Shown here one piece after another: positions 41,578 to 58,074 of a stretch of 64,000 bases of DNA. The first letter of the stretch is position 1; each line of letters begins with the position of its first letter. Under the pieces are notes generated by a model. It was not told the DNA's origin. It saw only the letters and a program-made list of their open reading frames with translations, and made no database searches. A program made the translations under genes and the position numbers. Source of the stretch: Eledone cirrhosa. Its lineage: Eukaryota. The stretch is taken from assembly GCA_964016885.1 (NCBI GenBank), contig OZ024743.1, positions 186,001-250,000 on the forward strand, given 5' to 3'.

Positions 41578-42161
41578 TCATACACACACATCCATATTTA
41601 TATATGTATGTGCATACGCACAGGCTTGTCTGCATGATAAAACGTATAGAGAAGCATTAATGTTAGTCAAACCCACCTGCTAGTATGTGGTATGATAAAT
41701 GATAAAAGTTTTATAAAGAATCATAATGATTTTTTTTCTCTTCGTTTTCCTATATTTTAATTTCTTATCCACAAACACGAAAATCTTGACAACACAAACA
41801 TTTTCTGTTGCAGTTGTTTTGCAGAATTGCTTTTAATGAAAAGAGAAAAAATAATAGTGTTTGCATAATTCCATCAGCATATAACTATCGGCTATGATAG
41901 AGGGAAGGGAAGGACAATAATTAAAAACAAGACAAAAAAAAAAATAGAACCGAATCGAAAAAAATTAAAGAAATCTTTGCTATTTGAAAATTGCGGCAAC
42001 AGTGTATATTTACTTTCGAAGCTATATATATATATATATACGTGTGTGTGTGTGTGTAATATATAGATATTGAACTATAAATATATTTGTATATATATCA
42101 TCATCCTTATCATCATCATCGTTTAACGATGATGATGATGATGATGATGATTATAAATATA

Positions 42162-42286
<125 letters not shown>

Positions 42287-42496
42287 GTAATGAATAAGTA
42301 CACAATGGCAGCTGGGTTCTGGGTTACGAGAATATTCGATTGACATATGGAAATATTGCTTTTTTTCTAGTGAGTAGAGCGTGGGGTATGAGAGATCCTC
42401 GAATCTAATCATCTTTTTCTTTCCCTCCATCGAACTCTAACTCACTCTTCATAAATGCACACACACGCACACACACGCACACACGCACACACACAC

Positions 42497-42657
<161 letters not shown>

Positions 42658-43291
42658 CACAGAATTCGATGTTTGAAACCCACCACAAAGCGAAATGGAC
42701 GAATAAACAAACAAGTCGGATGAAACAAGAACTGTTTATACCTTAATTTATTTATATGTCCTGATATTTCGAGATTAAAATCTCTTTTTCCAAGCAAAAT
42801 AAAGCTGACTATCCAGTGTCCGATGGAAGGTAATGTTGCTAATATTGCCAATAAAAGCAGACACAGTATTTGATTTTCACCTCAACTTTATTATTAGTTA
42901 TTAGTTAGTGTATCAAATTTCTTTCGTCACACAGTCTGTAACCTCTCTGCCACCTATTAGTTTCTTTCTGGTCTTATTTTGTTTACACTATCTCTCGACG
43001 AACTAACTAATGAATAACTAATGAATGGCCATACACTAAACCTGAAACTGGAGTGGAGACTAGTTAAGGGCTTTGAGTCTAGTATTACTGACGCTCTTGA
43101 CAATACCTGCATCCGGTTGTTTCTTGGGCATCCGAGATGTGATGTACGTAGATAAGTAATTGCTAGGGTCACCATTATATTGCATCAACTGTCAGTCATT
43201 CTATTGTTGATGAGCAATGATGCTCCTGAATTATTGGAAACGACAGACGCCTTCCATTCCTACACACACACACAAGCACACACACACACAA

Positions 43292-43388
<97 letters not shown>

Positions 43389-43498
43389 TATATATATAGT
43401 AATTTATGTACAAAGGAGGTAAAGTAAAATGAACGCATAACGTGAAATTTGGGAACACTTATATTAACAATGTTACTTAATTGTGCTTTACCAAACTG

Positions 43499-43540
<42 letters not shown>

Positions 43541-44111
43541 CGTGTGTGTGTGTGTGTATGAGAGGATTGTATCTGATACTGGAAATCTCCTCTAAAGGCC
43601 AACAGTCACTCTTCCATATAAATATCTCCAGTTCATATCACCAATACTGTTCAAGGGCCGATAGAAACTAGCACCTGTGTAATCGTTGTTGAACCCAGAA
43701 CAGAATGGGTCAAAAGGTAAACCATAGAGGTTTAATAATTCCGGCAATCCCCGCTCTTGACTGGTAGTTTGTTTATCGATCTAGAAATAATATAAGACCA
43801 AGTTAACCACGGTGGGATTTGAACACAAAGCTCAGAGAGCCGGAATAAATACCGCGAGTCATTTAATACCATGCACTAACGAATTTGCAAAGTCACCTTT
43901 TATACACACGCACACAGACACAAAGACTTATATACACATTAATGCTTCAGACGAATTTTTATATAATGCAGCAGCTGCAACTAAATTAAGTATAGTTAGT
44001 ACACGCGCACTTGCGTCGTAACAACCAAGATCTCAGACTGCTCTCTTTCATTAGTTGTCTAGTTGGCAGAATAGAGAAAAGACTGTTTATTTTTTGTACG
44101 CTCTACGCAAT

Positions 44112-44207
<96 letters not shown>

Positions 44208-44231
44208 GTGTATATATATATATATATATAT

Positions 44232-44420
44232 GAAAAAGTATGACTCCGGCGGCAGAGCTCAAGCCGTTCCGACGGCTATTTCTGGACAGAAATAGCCGTC
44301 GAAACGGCTTGAGCTCTGCCGTCGGGGTCATACTTTTTCCTATTTCCCACTCTACTACCCTAAATATTGAGTACTCTGGTGCGTTATGGTCCATCTGGTT
44401 CCTTACCACAATTCCTTTGT
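44232..44420. mobile_element. Fold-back family I (hairpin plus single-copy tail)
   Basis: Hairpin gaaaaagtatgac..gagctcaagccgtt.cgacggctatttctg|cagaaatagccgtcgaaacggcttgagctc..gtcatactttttc, plus a tail ending ggttccttaccaca. Other copies at 35930-36115, 44705-44785, 57615-57842 and 62001-62192. Confidence 0.8.
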
Positions 44421-44785
44421 TATATATCCCGCTGAGGTTAACTTTGCCTTTCATCCTTACGGGGTCGATAAAATAAAGTACCAGTAATACACTGGGATAA
44501 TTGCTGGCCTTGTGCCAAAAAGTAGAAACAGTTATATATATAGAGAGTTATATATATACTAAGTTATAGAGTTATATATATACTAAGAGTGAGAAATGAA
44601 ATTTCCTTTCATTTTTTCCGTTTATATAAAATGTATACATATATATAAATACATATATATAAATACATATATATATAAATACATATATATATAAATACAT
44701 ATATAACGAAGGAAATGTGGTAAGGAACCAAGTGGACCATAACGCACCAGAATTAGCCGTCGAAACGGCTTGAGCTCGTTCCTAA

Positions 44786-44929
<144 letters not shown>

Positions 44930-45414
44930 GTATTTATATATATGTATAAATTTTATATAAACGGAAAAAATGAAACGAAATTTCATTTCTCACTCTTAGT
45001 ACGGCTGTTATATATATATATATATACATAGATGTACACATATATGTATGTATAAATATGTATATATATATATATATATAAGTATATATAATTTTATCAT
45101 TGTACGAAAGACTACTTATATGACTAACATACTTTGAAGCTTTGAAACGTGTTTGATTTAAAAAACACTGGGCTAATTCTTTGTGCTACACACAGTTCAT
45201 TCTATGGTGCATAAATAGCTGCAACAAGTTTAACAAGCGAATAGATAGCCATCTTGAATATTTCTCTAACTAATCTGCTGTTGGATTGCTGTTTATTACA
45301 TTTGATGGGTATGAATGTACTGGTCATGTCAGCATATGTTGTATTTGTTTGTTGAAACTGCATTTTCACACACACACCACAAACATACACATGCACAAAT
45401 ACACATGCACAAAA

Positions 45415-45494
<80 letters not shown>

Positions 45495-46007
45495 ATATAT
45501 ATATAGTAATAATAATAAATGTGAAGGCTAAAATCCAAAGAGGCCTCGATAAAGATAAATATATATCCCATATATAAGAACCAAACTTTGCTTAAACTTT
45601 AATCTGTTATTTTAATAAATAAATAAATAAATATATATTTTAATAAATAAATAAATAAATAAACAAATACATATATATATATATATATATAGTAATAATA
45701 ATAAATTTGAAGACTAAAATCCAAAGAGGGCTCGATAAGGATAAATATATATCAAATATATAAGAACCGTAGAGCAGCCAATTCGTTTTCGAATACGGCC
45801 ACTACTTTATATCCATGTAGTAGAACCCCTACCGATGCGCTAAACGAGTGTGACTTTTTAGTCCAGCCAGCGATTTGAAAACTCTGGTACAAACACTACA
45901 CTTGTGACAATTATTGAAACATAGTGCTGGGCCCATGGTACCATGTGACGACAAGTGCAGAGAGATCTCCAGATACAAAGCAATGCCTGTGCCGTGAAGC
46001 TTTTATA

Positions 46008-46056
<49 letters not shown>

Positions 46057-47960
46057 TACATACACATATATTTCCATTTAGTCATAATTTCCATCGCAAA
46101 TTCAAACTATAGTCAACGTCTACATATTGAATTGAATCGACCAATTGAACTGCTGATGTAAATAATATCTAATGAAATTCAATTTATTTCAAATAAACAT
46201 GGCTTAAACGAAGGTTCCGAGATGTTTGCCTATTCTAGACACGCCTCAGAAACGGATGAATTTTGAAATATTCCGAATATTTGGAACAATCTTAATTTTA
46301 TCGCCGCCATTCTCAGAGCTTCTATGAGTTATATAGACATCGATAATTGATCAATCATTTTTATTGAATAATTAAACATCTACACAAGCAATTGTATGTT
46401 TTTGAAAATCTTGCCTCAAAAACACACACGCACATATGTATGCATATATGGATGTACGAATGTATATATGTTTATACACACACACATATATATATATATT
46501 CATATATATATGTGTATATATATGTATATACAAGTAAAATCGACATATTTTAGTCGTTCTAACCTATAGCCCCTATATAGAGATTCTGGCATCAGTTTTA
46601 ATATATTTTATTGTTAATATATCTCATCCTTTCATTGAGATGTTTAAGTATTAGAGACTTTATAAATTGAGTGTGTGTGTGTATATGTGTGAGCGTGTGA
46701 GTGTGTATGCATTTATGCGTTTAGCCTACGTAAATAAATAAGTTTTTCTTTTAAATATATTAACCACCAGTCGGCCAATGGGAGAAGGAGAGCACACTGC
46801 CTTCATAATTAGCAGGACTTAAGTGCATATGCACTAACTAGTGCTATGAAATTTCATTGCAGCTGTATTATATCAACATTCAGTATGAACGATATGTATG
46901 AATGATGTGCATAAGTGTGCATATGTGTGTATACGTGATTGTGTGAATAATTTTGCATGCGTGTGTTCGTGATAATCCTTTCTATTTTTAGATAAATAGT
47001 TACATTATCCAGCTGCAGGATGTAATATGAGTGAAATTTGGCGGTTATTTTGTTGGACCGTGAGATCACGTAGAGTTTTCGTCGTTGGTTTCAAGGTAAT
47101 ATGTAAATATAATTGGTACGATTAAGTAGGTTAGTTGAATAGTTGGAATTGCACAAAGCCACCAATTTACATGAGAAAGTACAGTGTTTATTTATTCGAC
47201 AGTCAGAATATATGTGGTCCATATCCAATCAACCCTTGTATGATTTTAAATCAAAACAAAAACCTAACTAAATTTTGTAAGATATATCTTCCTTTTTTTT
47301 CTTCCTTGCTTTCTTCTTTCCGGTTATCCTTTCTTTTTCTCTTTCTTTCTTCTTGAATTCCCAATTTCTGATGCAGTCATGGGGAGGTGTCCTGCGGATA
47401 TACAACCTAGCGGAGCCCATTTATCTCTATGTCTGACGACAGTTGATTCTTCCACTTGTTGGATCAACTGAACTTTCTACTCGCTGAGTTAGACTAATTG
47501 ACTGAATATTTGCCAAACATTTCTATTCTTGATGTAATCCACATACAGAATCCGCGTGACAAAAGGTTTGAGTCTTCTACCATAGGCATGAGTTGACTCA
47601 AACCTGATGGGTGAAATTAGGTAAACGGAGATTGTTCGTCAGATGCACTGTAGCTCTAATTGTCTCACATACTATCTCACACCTAAGGGTCTCGTTCTAT
47701 TTGATCAATTAATTAAGAACGTTCATTCGTCAAAACCAACCAACGCGAGAAGTACCGCCACCCAATCGAAATCCGGGTGTTTTATAGATTGTTTTTATTT
47801 CAGTATAGTGGTAATACCACTGAGACGTTAACAAGGAGACGCGAGATCGTGTCCCATTACATTGGATATACACGGCAAATACTGAAATTAATCTCCCTCT
47901 TGCTCTAGTTTTCTACCTACCACGCTATATCTCTCTACCTCTCTCTCTATATATATTAGT

Positions 47961-48064
<104 letters not shown>

Positions 48065-48077
48065 GCACACACACACA

Positions 48078-48133
<56 letters not shown>

Positions 48134-48589
48134 CACACACACACCAGTATACCCACACAAGCATACATACATACAAACACACACATATATATGTATGAAA
48201 CACGAAACGATAGGTTATACGCAAGGTAGCGACAAAAGACTACAGGAATCTGATGAACAAATATAGAATGCTCTCCAATCAAGGTGAAAAAAACAACAAC
48301 AAAACAAAACAACGAAACATATCTTACATGGTACTGATAGCTTTACATCTTTGTGTGATTGTGTAATACTTAGATGAAGGATATAAAGACAGAATGTGAT
48401 CCGCTAAGCCTTCATGAATTCACTTCCGTTGATGCAGCTGTATTTACACGTAGTATGTATTTATAAGAGCCGTTACTTTTCCTTTGTCACAATTCCGTGT
48501 TTAATTGCACATGATATAGTTATCATGACGTTCCTTAAGAAAATTTGGTATGTGTGTGAATATGAATGTGTGCATGTTGTGTTAAGTCA

Positions 48590-48890
48590 CGTGGTTTAGT
48601 GGTTAGGTTGTGCGGCTTACAATTTTAAGGTCGTGAGTTCGATTCTAAGCGACGAGTTGTGTACTTGAGCAAGACATTTTATTTCACATTGCTCCAGTTT
48701 CCTCAGCCGAAAAACAAATGAGTTGTACTTGTAGTCACATACTGTGTCACTTTGTATCTCTCTGAGAATTACGTTAAGGATAAACGTGTCTGTGAAATGC
48801 TCAACCACTAGCACGTTACTTTCACGAGCAGACTGCTCTGTTGATCAGACAACTGGAACATTGGTCGTCGAAACCAACGGAGGCCCAACA
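48590..48890 (+). mobile_element. tRNA/CORE-like SINE with a different 3' body
   Basis: gtggtttagtggttagg..gagttcgattc..cttgagcaagaca.tttatttcac. The 3' body is also seen at ~9030-9120. Confidence 0.65.
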
Positions 48891-50068
48891 ACTCAATAGA
48901 AGTTGTTTAACAAAATCAACCCTATATTGATATGTGGCCAAGCCGATTTTTATTTTCAGATATAATGTAATCTAGTGCAACATTATCCAGTGTGATGCTG
49001 ATGATGATGATGATTAGGTTTAACAGCATAAGAACACATAGTGCAGCAACGGATATGAATGTGAGCGTAACTAATATCATCGACACCAATGTTTGATTAA
49101 CGCGTTTTCTTAATTAAGATTCACTCTTCTCCCTTCACTAGAAGACTGAAATCAACCCCGAAATATAGAAGAAATCAACCGAAACGGGATTTGATTATAA
49201 AATATTAAAGAACGTTACGTAACCAAACATAACAAACTCATTTAATCCGATGCTCTACCGATTCTGCCAATCTATAATAATACATGAAGAAAAAGAAACC
49301 TTTGTGTTTTCGTGCATCAACATATCAACAGCCACAAGCATCATTCCCTTTCCTCAGCATCAACGTCAGTATCAGCATCAACCTCAGACATATCATTACC
49401 ACTTAGTTATCACTTATTTATCAGAGTCAGTGAAAGTCATTTGCAAGCAAATAACCAACAGCTACACAAAGGTGTCCATTTATTTTTAGATGTTTTTCGT
49501 CTTCAATAGCGAATTGTCCATGCTGAACGAACGGCCTTCATTTTTTTCAATGATTTTCAGCACTCGTCAGATTTTCAATACAACAACAACAATAACATCG
49601 ACAACAACAACAACAACAAAAGAGGTAGTAAGCAGCAGTAATAACTGCAACAACAAATATAATCATAATCAATAATATTGATAATAACGTGTTTTGCGCA
49701 TGCATGATTAGCCTAATTTATACGTACATCCACATCCACACACACACACACACACACACAGACAGGCAAACATAGTGACACATGCGCGCGCGTGTGTGTG
49801 TATACATAGGACTAAGTTTTTTTTCTATGTATGTACATTATTATTATTAATATTTTTATTAATATTTTTATTAATATTTTTTTTTGACAGTCGGTCGATT
49901 TTCGTCAAATCGGTCAATACTATGTATCGGCCGCAACGCGAGGTAGAAGGAGCAACGTGACATAAAGTGTCACGTTGCTCACGGACAGGACGCATCGCCC
50001 GGTCCCAGAATCGAATTCACAACCTCATGATTGCGAATCCAATTCTCTAACCAGTCAGCCTAGCGCCT

Positions 50069-50185
<117 letters not shown>

Positions 50186-50279
50186 TACATTATACATATA
50201 TACATACAATGTATACATACATACATACAATGCATACATACAAATAAATATATGCATACATATACATACACAAACACAA

Positions 50280-50363
<84 letters not shown>

Positions 50364-50592
50364 GTATGTATCTATGTATTTATGTATATATACGTGTATG
50401 GATTGATGAATGTGTGGTTGTAAGTATATGCATAATTCTATGTAGCTATCTGTCTCTCTTTCTCCCATCTCTCTCTACACACATATATGTGTATATACAT
50501 ATATAAGAAATATATATATTATATTTATATATTTATATATATATATATATATTTATAACAATATATATATATATATATATAAATATATATAT

Positions 50593-51005
50593 TGTCGAGC
50601 CCCACGTGGGTTTTGATAACTGTCAGTCCTTCACTTGAACTAAAAGCCTGTTGAGAAAGTGACTTCCTTGTTCTATCATCTTACCAAAAGCTTAACATTA
50701 TTTGTCTAAACGGACAGTACTTGATTTAGGAGTTGCAGAAACCCAAATGCTGGATATTTTACCAACCTTGCAGGGGTCAGGGTATAATTTTTCAATCATA
50801 TTTTATTTGTTTGACCCGAATTACTTGGTCGTTTCTATGGCTGTGCGGATAATGGTTTAACCATCGTCTCAGTGTGTTTCGCCTTTTAACTTATGTTGTA
50901 GCTCTAGTCGATTAGCTTCTATTGAGAGCTTGCCACACATCTCGGAAGTTGTTTTTCGCTAATTTCCAATAGCCGAAATACGATTCTTGCGAATTTATAT
51001 TTATA
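50593..51005. repeat. Dispersed repeat family L, also 63055-63258 and 15363-15440
   Basis: Shared ttgtttgacccgaattacttggtcg...ttgccacacatctcggaagttgtttttcgctaatttccaatagccgaaatacgattct with a common right end. All copies lie within (TA)n. Confidence 0.75.
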
Positions 51006-51682
51006 TATATAACAATAACCGTGTAGAAAAGGAAAAAAGAAAACTGCTTAATCGGGAAGAGAGCAGAAATATATTATATCATTTATTTATGTTCATTCAA
51101 GCCAACAAAAGTGCTGCCTAAGCTTTCAAGGCCCAATATTGACCATATCTCCAGAATGTAAGAGAGATCAAAATTATGACCCATTTCAGGCGCTTATAAA
51201 CTCGTAACTGATGAAACCAGAGCTGATCGATATAGAATTAATTGTAGTATGAAATAAAGTTTCACAAAAAGCTGCAATGCTTAATGTCATTCTATATAGA
51301 TACTCTGCAAACTACAGTTGCCTTAAACCTGTAGCGCAAACAAAAAATAGACGGACCCCGTAACAGCATCGACTGCTTCTTCCTGCATCGCCGCTAGTAA
51401 CCACAAGTTACTCATATATATATACATACACATACACACACACACACATATATATATACATACATATATATATGTATATATATGTATATATATCTATATA
51501 TACACACACACACACACATATATATATACATACATATATATATATGTATATATATGTATATATATATATATATATATTCATACACACACACACACACACA
51601 CACGTATACGCACGCATATATATGCATATGATCATATATTCATTTACACAAATGAAGAAAGAAAAAAAGACATAAAGAAAAT

Positions 51683-51870
51683 ATAATTGTTTCTACTTTT
51701 AGCACAAGGCAAGCAATTACCAGTGTATTACTGGTACTTTATTTTATCGACCCCGTAAGGATGAAAGGCAAAGTTAACCTCGGCGGGATTTGAACTCAGA
51801 TCATAAAGGGAGGTAACTCTATGCTTCAAAGCATGGCGTCCGACCCTCTACCGATACTGCCAATCCACCG
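51683..51870 (-). mobile_element. tRNA-derived SINE, dominant family
   Basis: Complete minus-strand copy flanked by the direct repeat acataaagaaaatataat (51670-51687 and ~51873-51890), a likely target-site duplication. Confidence 0.88.
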
Positions 51871-52238
51871 CACATAAAGAAAATATAATAGTAACATATT
51901 ATGTCTGTTGTCCGTCATTTTTCACGAGTTTGTTTCCGATGGACGGACGGACGGCTTGTTTGAGTGATTCAAATAAACATATCATAATTAAACACAAACT
52001 ATTGCTGTTGAATAAGCTATTCAATAGAGGCAGGAACAAGAGAATACGTGTGTAATAACACACACATACACACGCATACATATATACACACACACACATA
52101 TTTACACACACTCATACACACGCACACACACACATATATACACACAGACAAACAGACACACATTCATACTCACACACGTATATCTATCTACCTACACACA
52201 CACACATATGTATATTTATATGTATATATGTACATGTA

Positions 52239-52303
<65 letters not shown>

Positions 52304-52443
52304 TATATACACATTCATATGCACACATATGTATAGATATATATGTATATATATTTGTGTTTGTGTATGTATATGTATGCATATATTTATTTGTATGCAT
52401 GTATGCATTGTATATATGTTTGCATTGTATGTATATATGTATA

Positions 52444-52484
<41 letters not shown>

Positions 52485-52531
52485 TGTTTATATGTATATA
52501 TATGTATATATATGTATATATATGTATATAA

Positions 52532-52625
<94 letters not shown>

Positions 52626-54810
52626 GTATATATATATATATATAAGTATTCCCACATATACGCAGAATACAGATGTATATAAACATACACACACAATCAT
52701 ACACATATGCAAATCATACAGACAACTATATTATTACATCAATATCAAACAACTCCCAATTCAACGGACCATGCAATGTATTGAAACCGTTCTGAATCAC
52801 TGACCGTATAAATACAACAATTGAATTATCGTTTCTATGCAACAGGACAATAGTATAGCTATTATCCCCTACAGAGTTCCACTGTATTATTACAATCATT
52901 ATTCTTGTTGTTATTATCAGGGCGGGCGGTGGATTGGCAGCATCGGTAGAGCGTCGGACACCCTGCTTCGTTACGTAGAGTTACAGCCCTTTACGCTCTG
53001 AATTCAAATCCCGCCGAGTTTTGCTTTGCTTTTCATTCACACGGGGTCGATAAAATAATGTACCAGTCACGCACTGGGATCGATTTAATCGACTCCCCCC
53101 CCCCCCAAATTGCTGGCCTTGTGCCTAAATCAGAACTCATTAATTTTTGCTGCTGTTGTTATTTATAAGAATGGTAGTATTTAGTTGCTTCAATTTAAGC
53201 TTCTAATGTTCAAAATCCTCATACCTCTGAGATCTATGAAATAAAATACAAATGTAATACTGAGGTTAATATAATCAACTTACTGCAAATTGGAACCCCC
53301 CTTTGATAATGTTAGAAATTGCTTCTAATATAGTCATAAGACCAGCCTTTTTGGGAGAGGCGAAAATCAATTAAATCAACCTCAGTACTTTTATGCCATT
53401 TTCTTTTATCGACCCGAGAAGGATAAAAGACAAAGATGAACTCGGTGGGATTTGAAGTCAGAATGTAAAGAATAGTAACTAAATGATACAAAGTATTTCG
53501 TCCGATATTCAAACCAATTTACCACCTTCCGATTTTAGAAATAAATATTAATTTAAGTGTAGTGGATAGTAGGTGCGACGAACAAATTACTTGCAGGCAT
53601 TTAGTGACGTGCCTTTACGATCTGATTTCGAACCAAGCTGATGTATTTAATTTCGATAAACTAATTACCGGTCAACTATTGGGGTTTGATATAATCGATT
53701 ATGCCACTCTCACAAAAAACTCTAAGCTTTATGCCGATGTCAGAAATAATAATTATTTTATAAGGATCGTGGTTTGGTAGAATTAATAGAGCGTCAGATA
53801 AAATGTCATTTCGGTATTTGTTCTGGATTTTACATTGTGAGTTTAAATCTCCCCGGAACCAACTTGGCATCGAACTTCTGGAATCGATAAAATAATTGTT
53901 TCTACTTTAGGCACAAGTCGAGCAATTTGCAGGGGGAGGGAGAGTCGATTAAATCGACCCCAGTGCATTACTGGTGCTTTATTTTATCGACCCCGTAATA
54001 ATTGTTTCTACTTTTGGCACAAGGCCAGCAATTACCCCAGTGTATTACTGGTACTTTATTTTATCGACCCCGTAAGGATGAAAGGCAAAGTTAACCTCGG
54101 CGGGATTTGAACTCAGAATGGCAAGGGCCGTAACTCTATGCGCCAAAGCATGGTTTCCGACCCTCTACCATTACTGCCAATCCACCAATCCAGAAAATAA
54201 TAATTGTTTCTTACTTTAGGCACGTAATGGGGCTGATTTAATCAGTTATTCTTTTCCCTAAAACCTGCTGGCCTTAATTAGAAATCAATATTTATTATTT
54301 TATATATCTATTTTGAAAACATTCGGCCTTGGAGATTGTTTGGGAGCCAAACTATTGAAAATAACGCAGTGAATGCTTTTTTCACAATGCTTTTTTTAGA
54401 AGTCTATCCACTTCAGTATTTAGCTATTCTTAGTTCATATCACATCGAGATCAACCTTGAAGTTGATCCCTATCTATGGAGTCTCAATAAAATAAATATC
54501 AGTAATAATATATTGAAGTATGTTCAATAATCAACTATACAAATACTAGCTTTGTACTTCGTCCAAATAAATTAATATTGCTTTTATTTTGTCTAGACAG
54601 GAAAGCTAAGTATTTCGGAGAAACGAAAGATGTTGTAAGCGCCAAGCCTTATCCATAATAAATTAATGGCTCTTCTGAAACGTCTTCCAAAATGAAAGCT
54701 AAATCCCAGACTTTTGCTTTTCGGTGTTTACTCTCTCGCTCTCCCTCTCTCTCTCTTTCTCTCTCGTTCTCTCTCTCTCTTTCTCGCTTATACACACCAC
54801 ACACACACAG

Positions 54811-54959
<149 letters not shown>

Positions 54960-57244
54960 ATATATACATATTTATATATAATTGTTTCTATTTTTGGCAC
55001 AAAACCAGCAATTACCCAGTGCATTACTGGTACTTTATTTTATCGACCCCGTAAGGATGAAAGGCAAAGTTAACCTCGGCGGGATTTGAACTCAGAATGG
55101 TAAGGGCCGTAACTCTATGCTGCAAAGCATGGCGTCCGACCTTCTATATTTATATATAATAATGTTTATTCATTTATGATTCAGTCGAAACACTTTGGCA
55201 GGTAACTAAAGATCGAAATTAAATTGAAAACGAAAGAAAGTATCTCGAGTATTTGCCGATACACTAACTTGGATTTTACTACATAACTATCATATATCTT
55301 GTGGATGGTATCATAAAATTATTCAATCTTCTAAACAATTCCATTTTCTTATACCAACAAACACACGCGTCTGTATATTTACTTACTGATTCAACCAGTA
55401 ACTTTTTAATATTGCTTCCGCTGGTTATACTAAACGAATGTGAAACATCGACGTTATATTTCTCCTTGCTGCCAATGAAAAACGTATTAGCCATCAACTA
55501 ATATTATTTCTAATAATAGTCGCCAACGAATATTTCTAATATTATTTCTAATATTCTTAATTTAACATTGCTCAATTAATAGTCCAAGTTTTAGCGATAA
55601 TTTTACCTACTTAATTATAATGTGGGTAACAAAATATTGTAGTTTTATTTTTCGCCACCTCTCCCCACTTTACTCCAACATATATATTTATCTAGTTTTA
55701 CTTTTAATGTTTCTAAATAGAAGCGAAAATACCCGGAATGATCTTCAGTGTTTGACAGAATAGACACAATACTAAGCCAAAAATGATATTGTTTTTTTAA
55801 AAATATTTGTTCTGCCCGTTATTTATATGTCAATTGTGTAGCCATTCGAGTAAACTGTCGACATATTACATCAATTTCTCTTTTTTTTTATAGTTTCCGT
55901 GCAATTTCAAAGCTGATTACAACACAGTCATATATTGGTTAATATATTGCCAATTATAAATTGGACAGAAATAGATATATATCTTGTTAAAATGATATAC
56001 TAGCAAATATAGTATCAGAAATATGTTGGCATCAATATCAATGACTATTTACTATTCAACTATTCAGCTCTCAGAAGAAAAAAAAGAAAATTATTTTTTA
56101 TCTAGCTCCAAAGAAAATGTCTTTTTCATTTAGTTTACGTTGTAGAGGAAATGGATGACTACGATGACTTATCTGATGAAGTTATAAGATTAGAAAGCCT
56201 TATTATTCGTGATCAGTCGAGTTGGTCGACAAATTAGCATCACATATATAAAGATTCTTCAGAGAGATTTATGAACAGTTTATTTTTAGATAATAAGTTG
56301 TGACTTTCATGAATGCTTACCCATGCTGTGCAAGAATGATTTGCATAAAAGTGTTTGTGTGGCGAGGGGGTTAATAGCTTGCTAGTGATGTAGTTTAGAA
56401 GCCATGGTTATCATGCCATTCATTATCGTCTCATTTCAATTTTTTTTAGAAGTGAGTTTGCATATGTGAAACTTGCAGGAGTGGAGTTCTGAGCCATTTT
56501 AATACATGCATATGGACAAACACAAACACACAAACACACAAACATATATATATATATATACATATACGCACTTATATTATAAATTCACAAGTATGACCTA
56601 AGAAACCAAAAGTAAAGTAGAGAATCTGCCGTTACTAAGGGCCACTTTACAGATTATACAAAGTGTCTCTGAACGACATAACCAATCAACTTAGCACTTC
56701 CAAGCACCTTACTGGATAACCTGCCAGTTTTGACCTCCCATCGTATCAAAGGAGGATGGTAGCGATTTTTGTACTCATTAAATCACCAGCTGATGAGACG
56801 CTTAATTATTATCTAACACACTCCAGTATCACACAGACATTCCTCGATGTCTTTGCCTGAAGCATATCCAAGAATATGAATAGTAATAAACTATAATAAA
56901 TAATTCCTTTAAAAGGAGAAAAATTGAACCGCATACTGCAGACAAACAACAAATGCCACTCCGTGAATGATTCTGTTCGACTTTTTTGTCTTAGATCGTA
57001 CTTGTATTATTTAAAATTATTATTAAAATCGTGCTCTTATATGTAATGTATGTATGTATGTATGTATGTATGTATGTATGTATGTATGTATGTATGTATG
57101 TATGTATGTATGTATGTATGTATGTATGTATGTATGTGTGTATGTATGAATGTATGTGTGTAGTATGCCTGTATGTTTATATGCATATACAGGCAATATT
57201 TATTAGAATACTGCTGAAATGTGTATACATCGTTTTGGGACACC

Positions 57245-57293
<49 letters not shown>

Positions 57294-57312
57294 CATATAT
57301 ATATATATATAT

Positions 57313-57590
57313 ACTGAAGTAAAAGTTAAGTGGATATATCCAAGAGTAAGATCACTCAGTCCATGAGACGAGTTTAGTATAAATAATTACAACAGTGACA
57401 TAAACAGGTACTCAAGTTTCGTTGGGTTCTGGGCGCCAATTTTTTCAGCCTGTCAGGAGAAAAATGAATAACAAAGATGGACCAGGTCCATCTTCTCTTT
57501 GTTATTTATTTTTCTCATTCAGGCTGAAGAAATTGGCGCCCAGACCCAACGAAACTTGAGTACCTCTTTATGAAGATGTTGTAATTATAT
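57313..57590. mobile_element. Fold-back element family J with hammerhead
   Basis: Arms ~57385-57480 and ~57486-57590. Plus-strand HHR at 57520-57565: AGG-CUGAAGA-..UUGG..CCAAC-GAAA-CUUGAG-UA|CCU. Confidence 0.72.
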
Positions 57591-57614
57591 AAATATATAT
57601 ATATATATATATAT

Positions 57615-57842
57615 AACGAAGGAGATGTGGTAAGGAACCAGATGGACCATAACGCACCAGAGTACTCAATACTTAGGATAGTAGAGTGGGTAATAGGAAA
57701 AAGTATGACACCGACGGCAGAGCTCAAACCGTTTCGACGGCAGAGCTCAAACCGTTTCGACAGCTATTTCTGGCTATTTTCGTCCAGAAATAGCCGTCGA
57801 AACGGCTTGAGCTCTGCCGTCGGGGTCATACGTTTTCCTATA
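57615..57842. mobile_element. Fold-back family I copy with internal duplication
   Basis: Same sequence family, with a tandemly duplicated cggcagagctcaaaccgtttcga. Confidence 0.78.
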
Positions 57843-58074
57843 TATATATATATATATATATATATACCGTGTTAACGTAAAATAGAAATAGGAAAGAGAA
57901 TATGACTATTAAAGGTAGGGTTACATAGTTTATTTATAAATAATTACTGAGTGTTTCTCGTTGCCGATCTTCACATGATTATCAAAAACGGAACATAGAA
58001 TGGACGACAATGAGAAAATCAGAATAACCTTCTGTTACATTTCAGATGCTAACGAATTATATATATATATATCA

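Noticed and set aside
56785-56830. CTGATGA motif as a hammerhead
   Set aside because: No properly placed GAAA or pairing stems. The same holds for 51205 and 12695.
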